Shown here: piece by piece, positions 39,101 to 49,500 of the stretch
Position numbering within the stretch: position 1 is the stretch's first letter
How the letters are laid out: each line of letters starts with the position of its first letter
Virus record (IMG/VR): IMGVR_UViG_3300028840_005860
Location: 166,070 to 230,069 of that record
Length of the DNA stretch: 64,000 nt
Strand: one strand, 5' to 3'
Translations under genes and position numbers: made by a program
Notes under the pieces: model-generated
The model's database searches: none
Told to the model about the DNA's origin: nothing
What the model saw: the letters and a program-made list of their open reading frames with translations, nothing else

Positions 39101-39634
39101 ATCGCGCGGCAGCTCTACGCGGGGCTCGGCGTCACCGAGACCCTCCTGAACGGAGAGTCGAGCTACAGCGGCGACCGCATCAACCTCGAGGTCATCAACA
39201 CGCGCTACATGCTGCTCCGCGAGAACGTCCAGCGCCTCGTCGAGGAGTACTTCTTCAAGCCCATGTGTCGTCGGATGGGCTTCGTCGAGGAGGACGAGGA
39301 CGGCCAGCTCGAAGTGATCTACCCGCGCCTGAGCTTCACGCGGCTCGCCCTGCGCGACAACCAGGACACCTTCGACGCGCTGTTCAACCTCTACCAGAAG
39401 GGGAGCCTCGACATAGAGACGATCCTCGACCTGCTCAACATCGACCCGGTGGTCGTCCGTGAGAGGCTCGAGGCCGACTTCGGGACCTTCAACGACTCGC
39501 AGTTCAACGAGGTCCTGCGCTCCGCCTACGGGCGCGTCGGCGACCAGCTCGTCGAGGGGTCCGACATCGTTCAGAAGATCGCCGACGTCCTGGGCGTGGA
39601 CTACAAGAAGCCCGAGGAACCCGGACGGTTCTAG
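36185..39634 (+). CDS. Portal protein, intein-containing
   Basis: Downstream of TerL; about 616 aa after intein removal; RFFY..EPFVGQALD, G.SILQR and PIRLV portal-like segments. Confidence 0.8.
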   Translation: MAAEGSKNAIAGSASPSSQRKNEDERVVADVPNTRPELHIGKPTRVVVGSMRSRGGPTSFRARVASCGPGTGSYGGVSAGGGGTGYGGYGGFGGNFGAGAVMQASSGNFYSPELSTDFLELPQSLNEQWNYYRFFYDNEPFVGQALDLHTELPLSKVRLGRPKANDRRMAEASLRFCEKWVKRIGLLQRLLEIVHDYFKIGEVYIFCEDANPEIPQDVRKKVVRRVEADGTLTETWVDREDANERTVRWMKQHYKGWTSIRTVPPEQIHLQTFPFTDEVLIDLIPDSKSRHLLDMADQGDKYAARVVKSMDPVVVEALRRGENVPLSTDPDGGSFVHYMANKKSQYEPRGHSILQRCLLPGTLITVQRNGIVRQVPVEDVDTTTDLLLTHKGRFRRATAGSRPVRERVAVLRIEGVEDPLALTTDHEVLLVREDGTEAWVPAGEVREGDIVRESHVVPENEPVPEIDLATWWSNRRLNVARRFRENAKEVEIRNREVRVIDVEDGPDGLTVTFEHDNDDAGQIEATEGMRRFVAWLKNLDAPTEATYDEIAAVTGVDKSKLRNYAHLLRREADLRTESRSLGRGRGRRTTWWPLSGDAVVPRETRCVTMTSPVARIEVDEGFCYLLGTWVGNGNIWTSDELVLNSHSVAWTAGTGDLEQEIKAEEMRLASASFGDQCSDGHLFGEESGSDAFRIEDPLLARWFMDEFGHSAQSKRIPRWLFDLDEARVLAFLRGLLDTDGNLQERTTQTTIRFEMDNRVLLDQVHLLCNRLGIKTQVRNYVKPARSWTRRWKTKRGWKEKSYHYDAKAYATLTATRHADVRRWAEGSVKGSKVEWQDKTHPNALRTQFVNGWLTRRVEGTGLVPYEGLVFSFDVEGDESHVTHQMVTHNCLRTLVFFDKLRQAQTSIASRHMTPIRLVYAEDMDEENTEALRDQIDLALQDPDYTIVTNFQVTWEEMNSNGRLLELSSEYDLIARQLYAGLGVTETLLNGESSYSGDRINLEVINTRYMLLRENVQRLVEEYFFKPMCRRMGFVEEDEDGQLEVIYPRLSFTRLALRDNQDTFDALFNLYQKGSLDIETILDLLNIDPVVVRERLEADFGTFNDSQFNEVLRSAYGRVGDQLVEGSDIVQKIADVLGVDYKKPEEPGRF
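37253..38851 (+). mobile_element. Intein with LAGLIDADG endonuclease and extra HTH-like insertion (533 aa)
   Basis: R|CLLPGTLITV...LTTDHEV...LGTWVGNG...FLRGLLDTDG...MVTHN|C. Confidence 0.93.
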
Positions 39635-39636
39635 GA

Positions 39637-39651
39637 CGGTTTTCGCCCTAT
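39637..39651 (+). promoter_or_regulatory. Putative late promoter motif
   Basis: CGGTTTTCGCCCTAT, intergenic. Confidence 0.65.
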
Positions 39652-39675
39652 CGTGCGGCCTCTAGCGGAGGCCCC

Positions 39676-42240
39676 GTGCCCTCGCTCATCCCCGACAATT
39701 TCACGAAGGAGACGCCTCCCGAGCCGGTGCGTCAGCTCGCGGAGGCGTGGCTTCGCGCGAGGCTTCGGGGTGCCGAGCCCGACTTCCTCGACGTGGCGGA
39801 CGGGGCGGTGATCGGCGTCTACCGGCTGCCCTGCGGCCTCGTCAGGCGGGCGAGCCACAGCTTCTCGCGGTGCATGGCGAAGGGCTGCCAGAAGCCGCCC
39901 GAGGTGGAGTGCCTCTGGGCCGAGGGTCGCGGCCGTGCCTGGCACTGTCAGAAGCACCACGACGCCTGGGTGAAGGAGGACGGTCCGGACGGGCGCGACA
40001 TCATCAAGCAGCAGAAGATTCCCGACGGCGTCGTGGGCGAGAAGTACGGCGAGTATCCGGCGAAGAAGACGGCCGGGGACGGCGACGAGTTCAAGAAGGG
40101 CGACAGGATCGTCTACGGCCCGCTCGTGCCGCCCGGCCCCAGGTACCTGCCGGGGATCGTCGTGAAACCGCAGGCCCCCTCGAGCCTCGACAACCCCGTG
40201 ACGATCAGGGTGAAGGGAGAGGGCACGTTCGAGACCGACCCCGACAGCGTGACTCCGCTGTCCCGGTGGAAGCGAAACCCGGATCTCGGCAAGACGGCCA
40301 AGGCGACAGGCAAGAAGACCGGCGTCGGCGAGCACGTCGGGCTGTTCATCCCGCTTCCGAAGGATCTAGCCAAGAAGTTCCCGTCGCTCGGCGAGGACGA
40401 CCCGTCCCCGTCCCACGTGACCTTCCTCTACATCGGCGACTGCAAGGGCAAGCGCGACCAGAAGGTCCTGGTCGACACGCTCCGGGACGCCTGTCGGCGC
40501 TGGTGGCCCGGCGCCAAGGCCACGCTCGGGGGCCTCGAGTACTTCACCCACGAAGACAAGGATCGTCGCGTCCCCCACGTCTCCGTGGACTTCGACAAGG
40601 ACCTGTCGGGTTTCAAGCACCGCATCAGGCAGGAGCTCGAGGAGAACGGCGTCGAAGTCGAGGACAGCTGGCCCGACTTCAAACCCCACGTGACGCTCGG
40701 ATACCTACCGGGTACGGACTCCGAGTGGAAGGGCAAGGTTCCGAAGGGTTCCTGGAGTTTCGACGAGATGGAGGTCTGGGGTCTCCCGAAGGTCCACAAG
40801 CTCAAGCTCGGTCCCTCCATCTACAAGATCTCCGACACGTGGCTCCGCGGGAGGTTGCACCGCTACGTTGCCGCGCGCTACCTCGTTCGCAAGATCGCCG
40901 GATGGTGGGCCATCAGGCCGGGCAGTCCGGGAATCAACTGCCCGCCCGTGGACAAGGGCGGCCTCATGAATGCCATCCCCGGCACGGACCCGCCGGACGC
41001 CCGCTACAACGGGGACGGCCCGGCCGACATCATGGACGCCGCGCTCGCGGACGTCGACATGGAGTACCTGATGGAGTGGGGGCGCCCCGCGACCAAGCAG
41101 GAGCTCCAGGCGGTGTTCGACTTCTGCACTGGGGCCCTCCGCGAGGACGGTTCGAGGGACTACGGCAAGCACGAGCACGTGAATCAGTGGTTCGTCGAGT
41201 TCGCGGAATGGCTTGGCAAGAGGCCGAATGAGATCCGGTTCTTTCAGGGCGACAGCGACATCGTGGACGCCCTCCGGCAGAACTGGGACGGTACGGGCGA
41301 GTCCCTGGACGCCTACAAGAAGGAGATCCTGGACCTCGTCGACAAGACCAAGAAGTTCGAGGGCGGTCTCGAGGCCAAGGACCTGGCAGAGCGTCTGAAG
41401 GCCAGAACCCAGGTGATCCACGACGAGACCTTCCGGGGCGAGGACTGCCTGGAGGGGGGAGAAGATCCCGAGATCGTCATAAAGCGGGTAGCATCGAGGT
41501 ACATGGCCTCGATCCCGCACGGCAAGAACGTCGCCCTGATGAAGTGGCTCTCGGACGTGACCAGGCGCCTGGGCGTCGCCCGGGACACCTACGTCGTCGG
41601 GGGTGCGGTCAGGAACTTCCTCATCGGTCGGCCCATCAAGGATCTCGACGTGGTGATCGACTCGGTTCGGGCCGGACGCGACTCCGCGTGGCTGGCGGCT
41701 CAGATCTCCCGGCACGTGCCCGCTCCGACGAACGTCACGACGAACCAGTACGGCGTCGCCATCCTGACGATCAAGGGGAGCTGGGTCCTCGACGGCGAGG
41801 ACATGCGAGGCGAGGTGATCGAGATCGCCAACGCCCGCAAGGAGAGCTACGCGGAGGGACTCGGGAAGGGGCACAAACCCCATACGGTTGCCCCGGCCAC
41901 CATCGAGGAGGACGTCAGGCGTCGAGACTTTACGATGAACGCGCTTCTCTGGCGTCTGATGGACCTGGCGCACGGGCCCGAGAAGGCCGAGGTGATCGAC
42001 CTCACCGGCTGCGGCCGGCGCGACCTTGAGCAGGGGGTCCTGCGGTGCCCGCAGCCGCCCGACAAGGTGTTCTCTGACGATCCGACGAGGATGCTGCGTC
42101 TTGTTCGACTCGCCTCCAAGTACAATCTGAAAATCCCACCTGATGTGGCTGCCTCAGTACGCCGGAATGCAAGCAAACTGAAGAGAATGCCTTGGGAGGC
42201 GGTCGCGACGATCCTCATGCAGACACTGGAGGGCAGGTAA
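39676..42240 (+). CDS. Multidomain protein: Zn-finger-like, SH3-like, 2H phosphoesterase, and N-terminal part of a CCA-adding-type nucleotidyltransferase
   Basis: Two HxT motifs (SHVTF, PHVTL); YVVGGAVRN...KDLDVV, ARKESY, EEDVRRRDFTMNA, FSDDPTRMLR. Confidence 0.88.
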   Translation: MPSLIPDNFTKETPPEPVRQLAEAWLRARLRGAEPDFLDVADGAVIGVYRLPCGLVRRASHSFSRCMAKGCQKPPEVECLWAEGRGRAWHCQKHHDAWVKEDGPDGRDIIKQQKIPDGVVGEKYGEYPAKKTAGDGDEFKKGDRIVYGPLVPPGPRYLPGIVVKPQAPSSLDNPVTIRVKGEGTFETDPDSVTPLSRWKRNPDLGKTAKATGKKTGVGEHVGLFIPLPKDLAKKFPSLGEDDPSPSHVTFLYIGDCKGKRDQKVLVDTLRDACRRWWPGAKATLGGLEYFTHEDKDRRVPHVSVDFDKDLSGFKHRIRQELEENGVEVEDSWPDFKPHVTLGYLPGTDSEWKGKVPKGSWSFDEMEVWGLPKVHKLKLGPSIYKISDTWLRGRLHRYVAARYLVRKIAGWWAIRPGSPGINCPPVDKGGLMNAIPGTDPPDARYNGDGPADIMDAALADVDMEYLMEWGRPATKQELQAVFDFCTGALREDGSRDYGKHEHVNQWFVEFAEWLGKRPNEIRFFQGDSDIVDALRQNWDGTGESLDAYKKEILDLVDKTKKFEGGLEAKDLAERLKARTQVIHDETFRGEDCLEGGEDPEIVIKRVASRYMASIPHGKNVALMKWLSDVTRRLGVARDTYVVGGAVRNFLIGRPIKDLDVVIDSVRAGRDSAWLAAQISRHVPAPTNVTTNQYGVAILTIKGSWVLDGEDMRGEVIEIANARKESYAEGLGKGHKPHTVAPATIEEDVRRRDFTMNALLWRLMDLAHGPEKAEVIDLTGCGRRDLEQGVLRCPQPPDKVFSDDPTRMLRLVRLASKYNLKIPPDVAASVRRNASKLKRMPWEAVATILMQTLEGR

Positions 42241-42242
42241 TC

Positions 42243-43070
42243 GTGGCCGGAAGACCTTGGACGGAAGGAGAGGAGAGGCTTCTTCGCCACTTATGGAAGT
42301 CCGACCTCACGCGGGAGGAGGTCGCGGCACGGTTGCTAGGACGAACGCCGGTCGCCATACAGGTGAGGGCAAAGCGTCTTGGTCTTCGCCATACGGATGA
42401 GCAGTTCCGCCGGATCCTTTCGAAGAAAAGCAAGGGGGAGAACAATGGGATGTTCGGACGTGAGGGGCCGCGCAGAGGTGTAGTGCTCACTGTTACCCAG
42501 CGAGATCTTCTCAGAAAGAAGGCGCTCAACTCCTACAAGAATGGGCGACCCAAGATGGTCGGTGCTCGAAACCCGATGTTTGGTAAGCCGGGCACGATGC
42601 GCGGCAAGAAGTTGCCACCGTCGGCCAAGGCCACCCTCTCCGAGAAAGCCAAAGTCCGTTGGTGTCAGGCATCGGACGAGGAAAAGGCCAAGAAAGTCGC
42701 TCAGCTTCGTGAGGGTCGCGAGCGTCTCGGACGTGACAGCCCCTCATCGATCGAGGTGGCGATGAGGGAATGGTTGTCAGACTTGCAAACTGACTTTGAA
42801 GCACAGGTCGTGATTGGGTTCTACACCGTCGATTTCCTTGTATCGGAGAACAAGGTCATCGAGTGTCACGGCGACTATTGGCACGCGCACCCTGAGAAGT
42901 ACGCGAGCGGCGACCTTGATGAGACGCAACGGCATAATGTTCACCGAGACCGCCGCAAGGCCACTTTTCTCCGAAATCGGGGTTATGGGCTGCTTGTGAT
43001 GTGGGAGAGTGACATCAAGGAGCGTCCTTCGTGGTGCGTCTCGCAAGTGGAGGATTTTCTTCATGGGTGA
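42243..43070 (+). mobile_element. Free-standing homing endonuclease (HTH + NUMOD3 + Vsr/DUF559-like nuclease)
   Basis: WTEGEE..L...GRT..AI..RA..LGL; GENNGMFG and GARNPMFG; SSIE...YTVDF...IECHGDYWH; lower GC; own RBS. Confidence 0.85.
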
Positions 43071-43503
43071 TCCCAGGAAGGCTCTTCAGCAGATGAAGCA
43101 GCTCGGGCTGCTCGAGGTGGTCTCCGAGATGATCAGGTCGAGCAAGCCCTTCTCCGCCTACATGGCGAACCAGCTGCGGACGAACAGGAGGGTCCCCCTC
43201 CTCCTCGACCTCATGGACATGGGGGTCCCCGCGACCACGCCCCTCTCGTTCCTCGACCGCGCGGGACAGCAGCGCGTCCGCGAGGTCACGATGCCGATGA
43301 CAGAGCGCGAGGCCGCGGACTTCGTGAACCTCCTGATCAAGCCGCCCGTGGACAACAGGCGGATCATCGAGGAGCTCGGGCTCCCAGGTCCCGAGCGGCG
43401 CCTCATCCTGCCGATGGCGCGCGACCTGATCCTCAAGAACCCCCCTCTCGCGGCCGACGGGCGCAGGCTGACCGAGGAGGTCCTCCGAGCATGGCCGCGC
43501 TAG
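43063..43503 (+). CDS. C-terminal part of the split CCA-adding enzyme
   Basis: MGDPRKALQQMKQLGLLE matches the helix that follows motif E in class II CCA enzymes; VDNRRIIEELGLPGPE tail motif; GGAGG RBS inside the endonuclease gene. Confidence 0.75.
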   Translation: MGDPRKALQQMKQLGLLEVVSEMIRSSKPFSAYMANQLRTNRRVPLLLDLMDMGVPATTPLSFLDRAGQQRVREVTMPMTEREAADFVNLLIKPPVDNRRIIEELGLPGPERRLILPMARDLILKNPPLAADGRRLTEEVLRAWPR

Positions 43504-46500
43504 CACAGCTGGCCCTCCGCGTCGCCGCGAGGCACCTCGCAGCCGACGCCTACTTCGAGGTCGGCGAGGAGGTGCTGTACGGCAAGTTCAAGAACCGTCG
43601 CGGTCGGGTCGTCAGGATCTTCGACGACGAGCGCGGCGTCCCCTCCGTGGAGATTGAGCCGATCCCGAAGGGCCGCAGGCAGAACAGGATGGTGGGCCTC
43701 TACGGGATCTGGAAGCTGCCCGAGGCGCGGAAGACCGCAGCGATGGACCGCGAGGCCTGCATCATCGCGGGCCGCAAGTTCGGGGACGGCCTGTGCCTCA
43801 TGAAGACCCGCGACCGGGCCTACGATCCGAAGCTCCAGGTGCTCCACGTCGAGCGGGACGGCACCGAGATGGCCGTGGTGTTCGACAAGACCACGGGCTA
43901 CCTGGAGGGCGTCAACGAGCACGGCATCGGCATCGTCAACACGACGCTCATGGTCGTCCGGGACGAGCAGGAGGGCGTCAAGAAGACCAAGGGCGACAAG
44001 CAGAAGGGGCCCAAGAGGTCCAAGGACGGTCCCAAGATCTTCAAGGCGCTCGAGGCCGAGACCCTCGACGACGCCATCCGCTCCCTCGTCTCCTTCCGCG
44101 GCGGCATCAAGGGTCACACGTTCGTGGCGGACGGCGAGCGCATGGTCTGCATCGAGCGCAGCGGCAGGCATCCGGCCAAGATCCACCGCCTCGACCCGAC
44201 GCGCGTGAACACGCGCACCAACCACGGAGTCGCCTACCCCGACGCCGGCTACACCCACGGGGACGACTACGTGTCGTCCATCGTGCGGCGCTGGGAGGCC
44301 CAGAAGCGCCTCCAGAACGTGAACAATCCCGAGGTCGTGGCCCCGGCCCTGGTCCAGGCGATCCACGAGGCCGACAGCCCGTTCAACCCGGTCCGCTGCA
44401 CCGACAAGATGCGGACCACGAGCCAGCTCACCATCGACACGACGAACCCGACGCTCTACCTGTACGTCATCCCCGGGCACGCCGACCTCTCCCCCCCGCG
44501 CAACGTCCTCCCCGACGGCCGACGCCCCAAGATCCCCGTGCGGACCTTCCGCTACCGGCAGAGGATGGAGGACCGCACGGAGCAGCCGGGCCGGAAGACC
44601 GCGCGGGAGGTGCTCGCGCGCTACAAGTCGAAGAAGAAGGTCAGGTCCGAGGACGGCGACGAGACGACCGTCTACGAGTACTCCGAGCGCCAGGTCCAGC
44701 ACCGCAACCGCGAGAAGGCCGAGCGCATCGAGAGGCTCCGTGGATCGATAGGCAAACTCCGCGCGCAGCTCGAGAAGGACATCAGATCCGACGACCCCAA
44801 GAAGCGCGACGTCGCGGCCGCCGTGGGCCTCATGGATCACACGTACGAGCGTCCCGGCAACGACGAGTCGGCGTCCGACGGCCACTATGGCGTGACCAAC
44901 TGGAAGGTGCGGCACGTCAGGTTCGGCGACGGCCAGGCCAAGATCAGCTACGTCGGCAAGTCGGGCGTCAGGCAGCAGAAGTCCGTCACGGACCGAGACC
45001 TCGTGAAGGCGCTCAGGGCCGCCTGCGCCGACAAGGGCGCCGAAGCGACCTGCCTGGACGTGAGCGCCGACGAGGTCAACGAGTACCTCAGGCCCTTCGG
45101 CGTCACGGCGAAGGACCTGCGAGGGCTGCACGCCAACGGGGAGATGAAGGACCGGCTCAGGCGCGTGCGCCGGGAGGGCGGCCCGCTGCCCGAGGACCCG
45201 GAGAAGCGCGAGGAGAAGCTCAGGAAGGAGTTCGACAGGGCCCTGGACGAGGCCGCGGAGACGGTGGGCCACGAGCCTTCGACCCTCAAGAGCCAGTACC
45301 TCGTGCCCGGCCTGGAGGAAGACTACAAGAGGGACGGCACCGTGAGCGAGAGCCACGCCAAGAAGGCGGCCGAGGCCGTGACCGACACGGCGTCCTTCTA
45401 CGTGATCGCGCCCGAGGCGCTCAGGGGCATGCTCGACGACACCGACTGGCTCGAGCTCGCTCACGACCTATGGCCTGGAGAAGGGCGCCCGGGCGGCGAC
45501 GCCGAGGTGCTCGTGCCCGAGATGGAACGCCAGGTCCGCGAGAGCGGTGGCGCCGTGCTCGACACCGGATGGGACGGCGGCTTCGACGTCGGCGTGAGGG
45601 GCAAGTACGACGAGCTGGGCCGGATCGAGCCCTTCGACCTGCCCGTTCGCGAGAAGGGCGCGGTGCCTCCCTACGGGTTGCGCAAGAGCGCGTCGCTGCT
45701 GCGCGTCGCCGCCGAGGAGGGGACCTCGGCCGAGCGCAGGATCCTCGCCAACGCCCTGGTGGCCCCCGTGCTCGTGGCCCGGACGCGCGAGTGGTGGCTC
45801 CGCGAGGCGCCCCACCTGTACCGGATTGCTCGCGATCACGAGAAGCCTCGACCTCGCATCGAGGGCCTCGAGTTTCCGTCCAATCTTTTCACGATCCTAT
45901 GGTACGAAGACGCGGACGGGAACGACCTGGGAGACGGGGACCTTGAAGGAGAGCCGGGCGCGCCAGAAGGAGCACAGTACCAGCACAGCCAGTTCCCGCA
46001 CGTCCTGCACCACAACGTCCTGCGCCTCAACGACGACGGAACCTCCACGGACCTCGGCGGCGGCGAGGCGTCCTACCCGGAAGACCTCGTGAACGCGATG
46101 GTTCGCAGCGGGGACTGGGACGTGGGCGACGCGATCATGGTCGCCGCCCAGTCGTGCGAGCGGTGCCTGAACGTCCTGTGCCACCATTACGACCTGGACG
46201 ACGGCTACCCGTTCGGGTCCGAGGAGTACTGGAGCGCTGGCACCCGTTGTCCGATGTGCGAGAACGTGCATGCTCCCGCTCGCACGGCCGCGACGCCGAA
46301 CTACGAGGCGTACGTCGAGCGCAAGAGGCGGGAGGGAGAACCCCCGCTCGACCGCGAGCGGTGGGAGCGCAGGGTCCTGGGCGTGCGCGACGAAGAGGGT
46401 CCGCGCGACTGGGACGCGCACCGCAGAGACGTGATGCGGCGTCACGAGCTGGACAAGCTGCACGCGCCCTACGATCCCGAGAACAAGCACCTGCGCATCG

Positions 46501-49500
46501 ACCTGATCAGCGTCCGAAGGGACGCGCGCGGAGAGGGTCACGCCCGACGGGCGATGGAGGAGATCCTCGGATGGGCGGACCGGGCCGGAGCGACCGTCAC
46601 GCTGACGCCGACCTCCGAGTTCGGCGCGTCCAAGAAGCGCCTGACGCGGTGGTACGAGGGCATGGGGTTCGTCCCGAACAAGGGCAGGAACAAGGATTTT
46701 CGGTTTCAGGACGCGATGATCCGCGCCCCCCAAGTCAAGACCGCCACGAAGTCCGACGCCGAGCTCGACGAAGAGGCGGTCGAGGAGATGCTCCGCGAGG
46801 AGCCCAAGAAGAAGCCGCCTCGCTACGATCTGCGGGACAACCGACCCTTGGAGGACGACGACGAGGAGGACCTCGAGGGCCTCGGCGGCGGGGACCGGGG
46901 CGACCGGGACCTGAGCCTCAAGTGGAACAAGGTCGGCAGGCGCGTGGCGTTTCGCTGGCTGGCGACTCCCGGAAGGCTCTCGGCGGTCAGGACCGCCATG
47001 CGTCATCGGGCGAAGGTCACGCCCGACTCCGAGTTCCAGAAGGAGATCGCGGACAAGAAGTTCAGGCACCCGGAGACGGGCAACGAGGTCGCGTTCGGCT
47101 CCCTGCCGACCGAGGAACAGCACCGGATTTTCGAGGAGTGGAAGAAGAAGCACGCGCCGAAGGGGGAACCGGCCGAGGGCAAAGAGAAACCCAAGGAGGA
47201 GCCCGAGGGTCGGTCGCCCGAGGAGATCGACCAGGACATCTCCGAGGCCCGCGAGGCGGCCAAGAAGTTGAAGGGCGAGATCCGCGACCTGAAGGAGAAG
47301 ATTGGCGACGCGAAGAAGGCCATCGAGGACTGGACCGAGCTCACGAAGGGAGAGGTCGGCGAGGAGATGAGGAAGAAGGGCGACGCCGTCATCAAGGAGA
47401 TGAAGCGCATCGTCCTGGATGCCGAGGACGACATCGAGTACAAGACCCAGGACCTCAAGGACGCGCGCAGACGCGTCCAGGAGCTGAAGGAGGAGCGCGA
47501 GGACCCGACCGGAGCTAAGGCGAAGAAGGAGCAGGAGGAGAGGGAGCAGAAGGAGAAGCGGACGCGGCAGGCCGTCAAGGACACGGTCGCGGCGATGGAG
47601 AAGATGCTCGGCAGGGGGTCGAGGCTGCCGCAGGGGACGAGGCAGGAGATCGAGAGTGCGCTGGGCGACTTCGACTACCCCCAGCTCGAGGCGTTCGCGC
47701 TGGCGTTTCAGGGCGAGCTCAAGGACCTCAGCGGACAGGACCCGACGTCGCCCGACGTGATCTCCATGGCGAACCGGCAGGCGAAGATCGGCTTCGACGT
47801 GGAGGGTGTCACGGATCCCGAGGAGCTGGCGAGGCGTGCCGCGGAGGTCGGCTACGTGACGAACGTGGTCGCCAACCCGATGGTCGTGGGAGGCAGGCCC
47901 GTCGGGCAGACGGAGATGGACGACGCGGCACGGTCGGCGCGGGCGAGGGAGGCGTTCGCCCAGTTCGAGAATCTCCACCCGAAGCTGCAGCGCATGGCGG
48001 CGGAGCGCATCCGCGAGGAGCTAAGGGGCCTCGACGAGGACACCGACCGCGCCGTGGAGCTCGAGTCGATCCTCAGCGCCGTCGACCTGGCGCACGTGGG
48101 CCAGACCGGAGAGGCCCTCCCCGGACGCCCGCAGCCGAGCGCCGGCAACGCCGCGCTGATCAAGCGCATGATCGCGGACGGCAACGCCGACAGGATGTTC
48201 CAGACGAAGAAGGACTTCTTCTCGGAGGGATCGCGGGAGGCGATGGCGCAGGCGCTCGAGGAGATGGACGACGCCGACGTGGCCAATTTCATCACGGGCG
48301 ACGACCCGAGCCACCCGTTCTACGAGCTCTCCCAGAGCATGAGGACCGAGGGCGCGGGCGAGTTCAACCAGATGATCAAGGACTTCCTGATCAAGGACTT
48401 CCTGAACGACACGTGGGGCGACCGGGCCGCGCGCGACGTGATGGAGGCCGCGGGCGTCGAGGACTGGGACAGCCCGGAGGCGCGGGCCGAGCTGCTCGAG
48501 GAGTCCAAGCGAGCCGGCGAGACGCCCCTGGGTCAGGTGCTGGAGGCGAAGGAGCGTGTCGAGGCGGCGCGGGCCGCGGGCGAGGAACCCAGCCAGGACG
48601 ACCTGGACCTCGTGAGTTCGTACTTCGAGCCCGAGGCCGGCGAGGGGGTCGTCGGCAATGCCAGGGCCCTCCTCGGCCTCCTGAGGGACAAGTTCAAGAA
48701 GCACGTGATCTCGCCCGCCGTGGCCGTGCTCAACCACTTCGTGAAGACGCGGGATCCGAAGGTACTCAGCCAGGAGACGTTGCCGCACCCGGACGAGAGA
48801 TCCCCTGAGCCGAGACCCAAGGAGGAGCGCGAGAAGGCGCGGGTCGAGATGCCCACCGAGGCAGAGGCGCCCGAGAGCAAGCCTGGTAAGCCCGAGGTCG
48901 TGGCTCCCGAGTGGGCCGCGGAAGGACGCAAACCGGCCGAGGACCTGACCCCTGAGAAGGCGATGCGCAGGCGCATCGTCCTGAAGAGCGAGCGCCAGAA
49001 GCTAGAGGCCCAGCGAGAGAAGGCGCCGCCCGAGGAGCGCGGCAAGTACGACGTCAAGATCAGGAAGCTGGACAAGGAACTCGAGAGAGCCAGCGTTCCG
49101 AAGAGACCGGAGAAGAAGGCCCCTGAGCCGGAGAAGAAGGCCCCTGAGCCGGAGAAGGTGAAGGAGCCTGAGGTGGTGCGGAAGCGTCGCAAGCAGCTCG
49201 AGAAGGTGAAGTCCGTGCGCGACGAGGCCAGGGCGGCGCTGAAGGAGATGGAGCCCGCGGCCCGGAAACAGCTCGAACAGAAGCTCGAGAAGATGGACGC
49301 CGCCATCAGGCAGGTCGAGGAGCAGCACGCCGAGGACGAGAAGCACGGCCCCGGGGACGTCTGGAAGACCAAGGGAGGAAACTGGCGCGCCAAGAACGAG
49401 GAGGGTCTCTCCAGGAGTTTCAAGAAGAGGGACGAGGCCGAGACGTACGCGAGAGGGGAGCCCGAAAAGGAGTGGAGCGCCGAGTTCAAGGCAGTCTCGC

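Noticed and set aside
42241-43070. Group I intron in the CCA gene
   Set aside because: The endonuclease ORF abuts or overlaps both halves, leaving no room for a ribozyme core, and the downstream half has its own RBS and ATG; RT-PCR would settle it.
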